Shown here one piece after another: positions 14,129-26,200 of a stretch of DNA of 64,000 nucleotides. A program made the translations under genes and the position numbers. This stretch comes from Neoconidiobolus thromboides FSU 785. Lineage: Eukaryota; Fungi; Entomophthoromycota. The notes under the pieces are model-generated. The model saw only the letters and a list, made by a program, of their open reading frames with translations, ran no database searches and was not told the DNA's origin. The stretch is taken from contig MU626294.1 of assembly GCA_025603075.1 (NCBI GenBank), positions 62,001 to 126,000 of the forward strand, given 5' to 3'. The stretch's first letter is position 1; the number at the start of each line of letters is the position of its first letter.

Positions 14129-14585
14129 TTATTTTTCTTCAGTACGGAGACGAGCAGCGGCATTTAAAAGTTTAACATTTAATTGCTTAGCACGTTCAAC
14201 GATACCAACACGTTTTTTAGCAGAGATGTTATGAGCGATAACTCCAGCATAAACTTGGTTGTGCATAAGGAGAAGTTCAATATCTTTAGGGTCACGGATT
14301 AAGAAAGATTTGAATCCATCTTTGTTGCAGAAACGAGTAGATTTGTTGGAACCATAACCAATCTTTGGCATAGCAATTTGTCCCTTAAAACGACGACGGA
14401 CTCTGTTATCAATACCCTTTGGCTTTCTCCATGAGGTCTATAATTTATTTAATCAAAACTTATTTTTTTATTACTTTGAGCTCTTTTTAATTTACCTTGA
14501 CTTTAACATAACGATCAGATTGATGTCTGTTGAAAGCTTTTGGGTGTTTCTTTACTATTTTGGTTTTGTTAAGAGCGGTAACCAT
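14129..14585 (-). CDS. RPL32: 60S ribosomal protein L32 (eL32), 2 exons
   Basis: [30 protein letters not shown], intron 14438-14495, then [30 protein letters not shown]. Confidence 0.96.
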
Positions 14586-15300
14586 GACTAAAAGTGATGT
14601 ATATTTTAATATTTGAACTAAACTTCATATTATTTAAGTTGAAGCAAATTAATAGTTGGAGTTTCAAAATCTCTTTTTATTTTTTTGTATCCTTTTAGTT
14701 CTTCGAATACTCTAGTTAATACTTTGATGGATGTATCACTTTCCTTATCTTCCTTTATCTTTTGCTTCTACTTAGTACTTGCTTTACCTCACTTATATCC
14801 GGTCAATCGGTAGGTAAAAAGGAGAGATTTTCTGCTACTTAATTTGTCAATACATAAAATTCTATTTGTATAGAAAAATGTCGATTTTCAAAAAAGTTGA
14901 TGGTATTTGACCAATCATTTAAGTTTATACCTCTTGATTTATAGTCATATAATAAATAAAATAGTAAAATTAAACTTATAATTATAGCTATTATTCAAAT
15001 TAAGCATATACATTTAGACATTTTCATAGTTTTGTACGTACAATTTATTACCAATTCTATATAGGTCTTAGATTCATTTTTAAACTATTACTTTATCAAA
15101 AAATAAATCAAGTTACTATTTGAAAATGTAAAAAAGAAATAAAATTAGTTTGAACATTAAATGATAAAAAATAAAATGAATTGTGATATGTTCATACAGG
15201 GTACTACTATTTTACTTAAAGTAGATCATTGTAATATACTGAAGCTGTTTTTATTTATTAAGCATTATTAAATAGCACAAAGATACAATTTATTACAATC

Positions 15301-18001
15301 TTAAATTGCAAATAGCTCACTTCTCCAATTTTCAATAGCTGTCTCAATGGCTTGTTCTGAGACCTAAAACAGTTAGTATGGTAGACTATGTACTCTTTTT
15401 ATGTACCTTTTTAAAGCTCGACATGGTTTTTTCAAGTACCTCTTCAATGTTTTTCTATGAATAATTAATAATTTTTATTTCATCTGTTTTTAAAATTACT
15501 TTAATTTCTTCTGAGATCTTCTTTTCAATCTGTGATTTAATCATTGGAAAAACAATAGGAGGTAAAAGTTTCATTAAGATTCTATTCAAATTAATTATCC
15601 TAATATATGATATACTTGTATATTACCCATGCTTGTTATGATGAAATTTCATTTTCATTCCACCTATCTTCACTTTACAAGCTGCAACATGAATTTTATT
15701 TTCTAGAGAAGTAGATTGTGATACAGCATTATTTAGTGATATATTCGGGAATGATATAACTAGATTGATAATAATCCCTTTCCCTTCAGGAGTACTGATA
15801 TCAATAAAACCGTCCTATAAAAGTGAATTACTATGATTATCTGTCATTAACAACTTACATCTTGAAACTTAAAAAATCCAATAGATTTTTTAATAAAATA
15901 AGCAACACTTCGTGCTTCGATATTTAAATTCTGGCTATTCAAGTTTAGTAAAATATAGTTATAAAGGAGAATGTTTACATTTTAATTACTATAGCATCCG
16001 AAACTAATTTATATTGACCATCGAGTTTAGAAGTGTTTTTTAATATTAAACTAGCATTCATTAAATTCTCTCTTTTCAAAACAATGTTATCAACTATGAA
16101 TTGATCCGAGTTAACTTTTCTATAACAGTAAGTAATTGGCAACTAATAAAATATAAATTTTACGACTCAATCCTTGGAATTCTTATATATTCATAATTTG
16201 ATACTTTCTTTAAACTAAGCTTGGATGCGTCTTTTAACAAGCTTAAAATGACCTTCGAACTTTGGATTTTTCCTCCTTTCTTCTTGAAAAAGTCATAGTA
16301 TAATATTCTATATTTTTTCGCAATAGATCTGAGTTTTTTATCTTTGATTATATTTTCAATAAACATTTGCCATTTAGATACGACCAGATCGGATTTTTCT
16401 TTATAATTCCCTTGTAAATGGGCTTTTATTAAACTGAAATCATTTCTAAACACTTTCTTTGCTTCATCCTTCTTTAAATAATCTGGTTTCTTGAAAAAAT
16501 CAATGATGTCTTGATTCAGCTGTAAGAATATCTTTCTCATTTCACGATCATTAATTAGAGAAATATATAATTTCTCAACTGAGCGGATTAGCGGAGTCAT
16601 ACTCTGATCTCCTAAAAATTTACCAATTGCCTTTTTTGCCTCTTTTAAGGCCATCATTATTTCGTCATTATTTAGGTTGCTCTTATCCAAAATATGATAA
16701 GTAGTAGGCCCAATTTCTGTCATATTTTTCTGTACTTGGTTACAAACAGAAATAATGAAATCTAAATTCTTATGGTATTTTGGGTTACTTTGTAACTCCT
16801 TCATAAAGTCATAAAATCTAGAGATTAATCTATCTTTTTGGTCTTCGGTCAATTTGATTGCTCCAATATTCTTTCGAACACCACCCAAATCCTTTTTTAC
16901 TTCTTGTAATTTTTCTCTTATGACCTTTGTTGGTTTTTCATCAGACTTTTCTATATCATGTATTAAAGGTTTTGTAACTTCAATTCCTTTTCCGATCATA
17001 ATATCTCCTAAATTTTCTACAATACCCATTGCTTCCTCCTTAAGTTCTTCTTTGTTGGAGGGAATTTGAACTTCCTGGCCTTCGGCTCTTGGTTTTGATG
17101 GTTCAGGTTCTGTAGGTTCTCCTGTAGTTATAGGAACATTAGTGCCTTTTTGTTTAATGGGAACTATTTCAGGACGAGACATATCTAGTTTGATATCAGG
17201 ACGATTATCTAAGCTTGTGCTTACTTTTGAAGGGGATTTTGATGATTCAGACTCTGTGAATTGTCCTGTAGTTATAGGAATTTCAAACCCTTTTTCTTTA
17301 TTAGGGGCTGTTTCCAAATGAGGCACATAGGACTTAATAGTGGGGGAGCCGTTTAAATTACCATTTTCTTTTGAAGTAGATTTTGGTGTTCCCACTATCT
17401 CTTTTGTTTTAGATAAGGAAGGTAATCTAGTATCTTCAGGTAACAACTTATCAATGTTCTCTTTTGATACATTGTAGATCTCCTCCAACAGGCGACGGAG
17501 CTTACTCGACGATAGTGATAGTTTGAATAAATCGACCAAACTTTTATAAAGCTTATACGAAGGATTTTTAAGATTCTTAATATTATCAGTCTTCATTTTT
17601 AAAGCTATGAAAAAAATTAGAATAAGCTAATAATGAAGGTAACTATTACTTGTTGTTTGTTTCCCGCCATATACTAAATGAGTAATAAATTGTTGGATTA
17701 AATCTCCATTGTTTCTTTCGATAAAATAAACTTTAGATTCATCAACTAATGATTTTGTGTCATGGAGTATCTTAGAAGTGGTTTTGCTCGGTTTAATAGT
17801 TCTCCACTCTAATTTTTCAGTTACATTAGTGATCAATCCATCGATTTGGTTATTGTCTGGTAACTTTTTGTTCTTCAAAGCGGTCAACATGTTCATAAAG
17901 TTGTTTTTTTTATCTAAGAGAATATCTATTCGTAGTGTTTTCTCAGATTCTCTTCTAAGTCTATCTTCAAGGCCTGGATCAACGGTAGGTATGTAACTCA
18001 T
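15301..18001 (-). CDS. Large fungal protein resembling the DUF4449/HAM1-like family; about 8 exons joining track ORFs 17627-18001 and 16160-17596 to further 3' exons
   Basis: Intron 17605-17649 joins the two ORFs in frame. N-terminal LTALKNKKLPDNNQID and YIRIPRIES-(intron)-KVNSDQFIVDNIVLKRENL resemble that family from memory. The last exons are less certain. Confidence 0.65.
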
Positions 18002-19205
18002 TTTGAAACTAAAGATTTATAATTTTAAAATAAATATCTTTCGCTTATATACTTTGAAAATAAAACGCATTAATATTTGCAATAAACATAGCTTACATTG
18101 ATACTGAGACTACAAAATAATGAAGAAAAGAAATAATCAAAGTTTGTAAGTGTTTGGTAATTGATTAAGTTATTAGGAATTTATTTGTCTGAGATTTGAT
18201 GATAAGTATAAAATGCATTCAAAATACCGAATTTCAATGTAGGTGTATAGAGATGTATTCATGCTTATATATATTAATGATATAATATGAGCATAAGAGA
18301 ATAAAACCATATGTACAATAAGGTTATTTTTTGAATATAATTTTTTTAGCATTTGAGATTAAAAGTAATCATTACTTATTTGAAACTAATTTTATAGCGT
18401 AATTATTTATATCATATTGTTTTATAATTTTTTTAAATTCAAAGAATGAAGAGCTTTGTGTTTATTAGTTTAAAAATACAAGATTAAGAGGAAATATTAA
18501 TGCGGGACAAAATCAAGTATAGGGCGGGTTTTAGAAGTTAGTGAAATAATCCACTATTGTTAGATTGAAATCTGCCCATAAAGGTGGGGATTAACAATTT
18601 GATTGTATCTTATTTATTGTGAGAGAGTCTAGTAATGGAGAATCTTAGTTCATAATAAATCAGATTCAAGCAGCCAATATAGAGGTCTATAGGAATTGAG
18701 TAATTGGGACAAAACGTTAACTTAGTGGGAGAAAAAGAGATGAAGATGGGGATAGAGCACATTATCACTGTATAGGGTTTGTTTTGTATAAGAGGCAAAA
18801 TGATGTTTAGTTGAGTAGGTTGGGGAGGTAAGGACTCAAAGAATAAACTTCAGGTAGAGATCTAGAGGGAAGCGATGGAGGGACATGGGACAGGTATGTG
18901 AGTGAAGGCTTTGTTTGAATCAAGGCACAACATGTTAATTTATAATCATTACCTTTAGCATTTAATTGCTCTTCAAATAATGTTGCTTAAAGCGTGAAGC
19001 ATTTACTAAAAAAGATGACTAACTTTCAATCGAATTTTTCATGCATTATTGGGATAAAATAGAAATTTTGTAAATGCTTAAAAAACTCGAAACAGTTAAG
19101 TTTAAGAACTTTAAGTCGATCTTTAGTTTTAAAGTATAAAAATACATTAATTAAACTAGATTTAATCAATTTACTGTTTTTTATTTTTTATTTTTATTTA
19201 ATTTA

Positions 19206-20377
19206 ATGTCTTTTGATAATAATTCAGGCTTGGTTTTTATACTACTTCCAACTTTGGGCTCTTTTGCTCAAGTTGTAAACATTTATCAAACCAAGAGCTC
19301 AAATGGCTTCTCAAAGTTAACTTCTGGTATAACTATTATGTCTAGGTAATAAGCTTTTGTAGTATTCTTTTTCATTACTAAATATTTATCTATAGTATTA
19401 TCAAAATATTTTATTGGTAATTAATCTTAATATAGAAAATAAACAGGAATTGTATTTATAAAAAGATAGGTTTACATATAGGATTAGTGACTATAATTTA
19501 TTACTAGAAGGAGTTGTATCAATAATTAGCCAGATATATATATTAAAATGCTGTATCGACTTCAAAGAAGGAAACGAAAAAGAAATGAAGGGAGGGAAGG
19601 AAAATCATAATAATATTGAATCAGATAGTAGTCAAATTGAAAGTTATGGCACTTTAATTTCGATATTATCCATTTTGGTCCTTTTTATAATTCAGAAATT
19701 ACAACCAGATTCGAACTCTACTTCTGTTTTTCTTATAATTATTAGGTTGTTAGATGCTGTCATTCCTATTCCACAAATTATACTTAACTCTTATTTAAGA
19801 TCAACAGAAGATTTTAGGTATCTAGTCATTTCTATTTTATTCAAATCTATAGCCTAATTCTATTTTAGTTTCTTTTTATTACTTTCTTGGATAATACTTG
19901 AAGGGGTAAAACTATCACAATACCAGGACAAAGATCTAAATTATAGCAAAATCAATCACTATGGGGATGTACTATCACTAAGTGTTAATACAATAGGACT
20001 ACTTCAATTTTATTTATTCGATTTAAAGTTTCGTGGGATATTCAATTTAACATTGAAATATTCATTATATACAGTAGTAAATATATTTAAAATAACATGT
20101 GCTATCGTTTTTATTTTAACTGGATTGGCCAAATATAATCCATTTAAATTTACACCAAAGCAAAAGGAGAGAAAATCGGAGCCTAAAATAGTAAGTTAAT
20201 TTTTGTATCAAAACAATGTTTTAAACTATGATTTAGGACCAGAAAGCAACCAAAAAGGAGGATGGTTCTTTTAAATATACTGCTTCGGATGCTACTAAAC
20301 CTAAACCTACCCCGATTGAGAAACTAAAGCAGTTGAAAAATATGAATATGACTAGGGCTAATTCATTAAATGTTTAA
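19206..20377 (+). CDS. PQ-loop repeat membrane protein (Any1/PQLC1-like), 5 exons (mostly missed by track)
   Basis: Repeat 1 AQVVNIYQTKSSNGFS...IIKIFYW; repeat 2 IPIPQIILNSYLRSTEDF...LLSWIILEGVKL; GT-AG introns keep one frame to TAA at 20375. Confidence 0.72.
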
Positions 20378-20847
20378 TTTAATAAAATAATTCTTTACCA
20401 ATATATTATCGAATAAATTTAACTAACCCTGGGATTAAAACTTATAGTATAAAACTTATAACAACAACAAATAAATATAAAGCTTTGAATCTTAATATGT
20501 AGATAAAGGCATTGAGCTTTAATAAAGGCAAATGGCTTTACCTTAGTATAATTATTATGAACCATATTATTATTTTACCCTTGAACATCTAAATTAGGAG
20601 AATAATCGAGATTGGAAAATTAAAAAAATGCTAGAAAGTAAAAGTTAAGAATAAGCGATATTAAAAAAGCTTCTATGTTACAATTTTACAACTTTGATAT
20701 TATACTATTCTATCATATGGTTAAATTAAATCAGTATGTATGCTAATGTTAGTGGATTTTATTTATCATCTACTCTATTATTTTGGTTAATAAGAGAAAC
20801 CAGGATCAAATAATAGTAGTACCTATTATAAAAACTATTAAAGGGAG

Positions 20848-20953
20848 ATATAGGGATATTTTTTTTGGCTTCATCACTTTTTTCATTTTTTAAACACTAT
20901 TTGAGCGGAAAAATTGTTAGTAAAATTCTTGAATACAAAATACATCTCCATAT
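20848..20953 (+). mobile_element. MITE family A copy 2
   Basis: Full length, TSD ATAT, about 740 bp upstream of the chitinase. Confidence 0.88.
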
Positions 20954-21690
20954 GCACAGTGAAAAAAGAGATGGTTGAAGGTTTCTTGGAATTGCAGCAA
21001 AGATAAAAGGCTAAGTTACTTACGTTGTTTTTCAAGTAAAAAGGAGGTTACCACATACCAACATGACAGTGTTTAATAAGACATCATCTCTTTTATTACT
21101 ATTAATTTGACTACTTCCCTAATTCGTAAATAAACTAATAAAAAGCAAATGCTAATTTAAAAGTAAGGAGAAACAATAATGAGATTAAATTATTACTAAG
21201 ACCACTTGATCTTTATTAAGTTTTGTTATTAAAGCCTAAAAATTAGTTATTTAAACGAGAATCGTGATTTAGCACTTGATACTACTCAAAAGTCATTTAA
21301 AATAGTCTGGTAGTATGACTTTTAGATGATATGCCTATGTTATTAAAGATGCGTTAAACTTCAATAAAAAGTGTTAGACAGAAGGGGCAAATTGGGTTTC
21401 ATACCATTGTTGAAATTGTAATTTTACTATTTTTAGTGTTATGGTGAATATAAGCTCAACCCACGAGTATTGAGTAAAGTTAAGATTTTTTTAAATGACT
21501 TTTTACCATATTACCATTATTAAGAAAATCGAAAAAGGGATAGCTAACCGTAAAGAATATAATAAATGGAACAAGTAACTATTTCGCTTTAAACATTAAG
21601 GAATTCGAGAATATAAATAGTGGAGGAATTACTTCGAATAAGATTATAAAAATTTAACTATTTTTACATTCTTTCCTATCTTTGAAAAAA

Positions 21691-23172
21691 ATGAAATTTT
21701 CTTCTTTCCTCTTAGTGGTCACCGTAGCCATCTCCAGCGTTGTTAGTCAATCCCCAGCCAAAGTAGTAGTAGGGTACTTTTCCGATTGGACTTTGGATAA
21801 TTACCCAGTGAGTGCTATTGATTTTAGCAAAGTAACTCACATTAACTATGCTTTTGCCTTGTTTACTGATAATGGTTTTAATCCAAAAATTGAAACCGAA
21901 AGTACTTTAGTGGAATTAGTTACCAAAGCTCATCAAACTAGTACCAAAGTATCTATCTCCATTGGTGGATGGACTGGATCAAAGTACTTTTCACCAATGG
22001 TAGCCGATGCTGCTAAAAGAAAACAATTTGTAGCCAATACACTTGCTTTTGTAAATAAATTCAACTTGGATGGTATCGACTTAGATTGGGAATATCCAGG
22101 AAGAGAAGGTGAAGAAGGAAACATTGTTTCTCCACAAGATACTGCCAATTATTTATTATTGCTAAAGGATTTACGTGCCGCTTTGGGTACCAAATTGATT
22201 ACCGCTGCTGTAAGAATTCAACCATTTGATGGTCCAAATGGCCCAGTAAAGGATGTTAAGGACTTTGTGCCTTTATTCGACTGGCTTAATTTGATGTGTT
22301 ATGATTTAAACGGTCCTTGGGAAACTCAAACTGGACCAGTTGGTGGTTTAGATTATCAACCTGGTAAGGGTACACCGTTCTCTGTTAAACAAGCTGTAAG
22401 AGATTGGAGTAAAGCTGGTTTCACTTATGATAAATTAGTCGTCGGTGTACCCTTCTATGGTTATGCTGAGGGTGTTGGTGTTGATATGACCAATACTGAC
22501 CAATATCAACAAATCACTAATGCCAATTTACCAAGCTATGCCTACAATGATTTAATTACTAAAAAAATCCTAAAGTCCCCAACTGAAGCCAATGATGCTA
22601 CCGGATGGATTAGAAAGTATGACCCAATCACTCAAACTCCATGGTTATTTAACAAGAATACAAAGACATTTGTTGCATACGATGACATTCAATCCTTAAA
22701 AGCAAAGACTGATTATGTAAGATGTAACGGCTTAAGAGGTGCTATGTTATGGTCCATGGATAATGATTATCAAAATCAATTAATCTCTGCTTTACAAAAT
22801 GTATATAATACTGGTTCTTGTGGCCCTTCCACTACTTCTACTACTTCTACCACTACTTCTACCACTACTTCTACCACTGCCACCTCTTCTACCACCCCTG
22901 TCACTACTACCTCCACTACTACTTCGGTTACCACCACCTCTAGTTCTAGTTCTACTTCTACCACTATTATTACTACTTCTACTACTTCTGTTACTTCAAC
23001 TTCTCAAGGTCCTGAGCCAACTGGAAGTTGTCAAGATGGTTCCTATACTTGCGGTGCAACCAAAGGATCCACTTATTACCAATGTGCTTTCAGTAAATGG
23101 ATCAAGTTATCTTGCCCAGGCACCTCTGTATGTGTACAAGCAGGTACCTCGATTTACTGTGGTAATCCTTAA
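21691..23172 (+). CDS. Secreted GH18 chitinase with Ser/Thr linker and C-terminal Cys-rich chitin-binding module (CBM19-like), single exon
   Basis: Signal peptide; SIGGW; intact DGIDLDWEYP; poly-Thr/Ser linker; C-terminal Cys-rich domain. First ATG is 21691 (track starts at TTG 21682). Confidence 0.93.
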   Translation: MKFSSFLLVVTVAISSVVSQSPAKVVVGYFSDWTLDNYPVSAIDFSKVTHINYAFALFTDNGFNPKIETESTLVELVTKAHQTSTKVSISIGGWTGSKYFSPMVADAAKRKQFVANTLAFVNKFNLDGIDLDWEYPGREGEEGNIVSPQDTANYLLLLKDLRAALGTKLITAAVRIQPFDGPNGPVKDVKDFVPLFDWLNLMCYDLNGPWETQTGPVGGLDYQPGKGTPFSVKQAVRDWSKAGFTYDKLVVGVPFYGYAEGVGVDMTNTDQYQQITNANLPSYAYNDLITKKILKSPTEANDATGWIRKYDPITQTPWLFNKNTKTFVAYDDIQSLKAKTDYVRCNGLRGAMLWSMDNDYQNQLISALQNVYNTGSCGPSTTSTTSTTTSTTTSTTATSSTTPVTTTSTTTSVTTTSSSSSTSTTIITTSTTSVTSTSQGPEPTGSCQDGSYTCGATKGSTYYQCAFSKWIKLSCPGTSVCVQAGTSIYCGNP

Positions 23173-24713
23173 TTTATTTTTTAATAAAAAAACATTATTA
23201 TTTGAAGCTTTTTTATCATTTTGGATGTATTTCATTTTCAATTATAAACATCAAATAATTTTATAAGGGAATTAATTTTTATTGTAAAATGGGAGATGGG
23301 TATAGGAATGTTTCGTTAATTTATTAAAAATTTGTTCAAATTCTAAGCATAATAAATAGAAATATAATATACAAAAGAAACATTCTGAGAATTGGATTAA
23401 CCCAAGGTGCCAACTCGAGAAGCTAGGTATATAGGCTTTTTTATGATGTTTGATGTTAAAAAAGAACAGTACAATATTGACAAAGACACAATTGCTCATA
23501 TAGCGTATTGGATTTATCTTTAGCTCCAAGAAATATTGAGACTTTAAAGGGTTTTTTTTACATACTCAATTTAGATTTTACTTATCAATTATTTCATACT
23601 TCATGGCAAAGTGTATTATAAAAATTCAATAAAGTAGATTTATTTATGCATATATATGAAAGCATGAAACATTAACATTTTTACTAATATTAATGATTAT
23701 CTAAGTAACAATGATAATAAAATGGTAACTAAGTAAATGTCTTTGATTTCTGTTGAATTGTTATTCTTTTCTACTTTTAATAAACTAGCCTTAACCAATT
23801 CCAAGGCTGTTTAAATAAATTTTCTATAATCCACCTCGAAATTTAACTTAGCGGATTTCAAATTAATATAATTTTCTGTACTCTGTTTTAAAGTAGACTA
23901 TATATAGATGTTTGCTAATTATATATATAATGCATTATATATATGTCATTTAGCTAAAATAATAATTTTGTTATGCTACACTTGTCATCCTAAATTATTT
24001 AACAAAAAGCAATAGTTTTTATCAAGAAATATAGTATTTTCAAAAGGGCTACTTAGGTCAAAAATCAATGTTGGTATATTTATATAAAAATGAAACAAAA
24101 GAGAGCATAATTATTATAATAAAAATAAATCATATGAAGTATAACATAAATGGCATAATTATGTATATTATTATTGAAATTGTTTGAACTCAAAACCTTT
24201 TATAATCAAAATCACGATTACTTTAATATGTTATTTAATTAAATCTAAATAACTACAATAGTTATTTGGTATACAAAGTTGCATCTTTCTACATCTTTGT
24301 TCTTTTTTAGGCTAATCTACTCATAATATTTCAACTCCAAGTTAATAGTGTCTATTTAGTTTCCTTAAATTAATATTATCTAGTTGAAAAAAAGTGAAAC
24401 TCTTTTAAGAATGATAATTATATTTTATAATAACTGCTTGAAAATCAGTAAATTGATCTCCAAAGTGCAGTCTAATTACGAGTTCATGATTATTAAGGTA
24501 TGAAGGATAGAGAAGGACGCCTATTCCTACTACTATTCCTTTTAACGATTCTACATTGACTTTTTGTACATACTTGGTCAATATACTAAATTGTTATGAT
24601 TCGATATTCAATTTGCAGTACATTGGTATTATATTTTATAAAACCATAAGTTTACATAAAATTATATGAGTATTACCAAAGTAGAAATGTAAATTGTAAG
24701 GCTGAAAATTTCA

Positions 24714-24819
24714 ATATGGGAGTGTTTTTTTTACTTCATTGCTTTTTCCGTTTTTTAAGTACTATTTAAGTGGAAAATTTGTTAGTAAAATTCTTAAACA
24801 CAAAAATACATCCACATAT
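24714..24819 (+). mobile_element. MITE family A copy 3
   Basis: Full length, TSD ATAT. Confidence 0.88.
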
Positions 24820-24892
24820 GTTATATTATAGTCTTAATAGGAATTAAACTATTATCATGCCTGAAAAGATATTTGGTATATTTAGATTCACG

Positions 24893-24994
24893 ATATAAGG
24901 ATGTATTTTTTTTAAGAATTTTACTAGTAATTTCTCTGCTCAAATAGTGCTTAAAAATGGAAAAAGTGATGAAACCAAAAAAACATCCTCATAT
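24893..24994 (-). mobile_element. MITE family A copy 4
   Basis: Full length, inverted relative to copy 3, TSD ATAT. Confidence 0.88.
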
Positions 24995-26200
24995 AATATT
25001 TATGAAGTATTAATAAAAGAGTTAAAAGCCTACTTTTAATGGAGTGTGCTGCCTATATGTAATTATAGGATAAATAATAACTTACAAATTTGAGATAACT
25101 TTTAATGCCTATATTTTATTAAAACCTATCAAAGATATTTACGAAAACAGGTATTTGATAGCACCTGGGTTAATAGAGATAAGCCAATTTTTTTATGAAT
25201 TCTAAAAGAGATGATGGTTCAAGTGTTGAAAATAAAATATCAAAGATGGTTATTCCATTTTATAGTGTAATATAATGTTATATTTTAAAACTTCCTTTTT
25301 AATCGTTTTTTTATGGAACTTTAATATCAAATAAAAAATCAATATCATTTCTAATATTAGTGTTGATTGTTTTTAGAATATTCTTACTCCAGGGATTAGT
25401 GTATAACTTAAGCTAAACTAAGCTAAACAAAGGCGTTAAAAATATATAATCTAGAATTTCATCAAAACAGCACGCTTTAGATGTATGTAAAAATAAGATG
25501 TCAATTCTTCCTCTATTTTATATACAGAATATTGGCATTCCTATAGCTATTATAGCTTTTAAGGTGATATAAAAAATTAATATCAAATTTTCCAAATTAT
25601 TAATTCCTTTTATTCTCAAGTAATTCTTACATTATAGAGCTTAGCCATATGAAGATTAAATACGATTTATATTATCAAAAACCAAAGCATGCAATTTTAT
25701 ATGAAAAAATGAGTAATTATGGTTCGAATAAAAGTTTAATATGTTATAAATGTATGGTTGTTTAAAAAGCTGATAAATATCACCAAATGATATTCAGCTT
25801 TCCGATTTTATATAAAATAAAAATGGCAATTGAAATCATTATGAATAGTAGCTATTTAGAAACCGTTATTTCCGGAGAGCACAAGGTAAACAAAACGAGG
25901 ACTTTTATACACCGCCCCTTTTAAAATTGAAAAACAGCTACTATATCAAATAGAATATAGATACTTTGCAATTCTAAATAACTATATTTTCGGCATTAAT
26001 AAAAATTATTAGAGGATAAACTCAAACCACAACCCATATTTAAAAATCTCAAACTCTAACCACAAATCATTTCCAAATGAGATCATTCTGGGTTTCTTAA
26101 GGTTAATTAATTTTTGTGTTCAATTAAATGGAATTGAATAATTATAAATTTCAATTTTTTTAGGACCTAATTTTGCTTCTTATTTACTTTAATAAATTAA

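Noticed and set aside
22776-23266. Poly-Val/Glu and poly-Leu ORFs
   Set aside because: Alternative-frame and antisense shadows of the chitinase Thr/Ser linker
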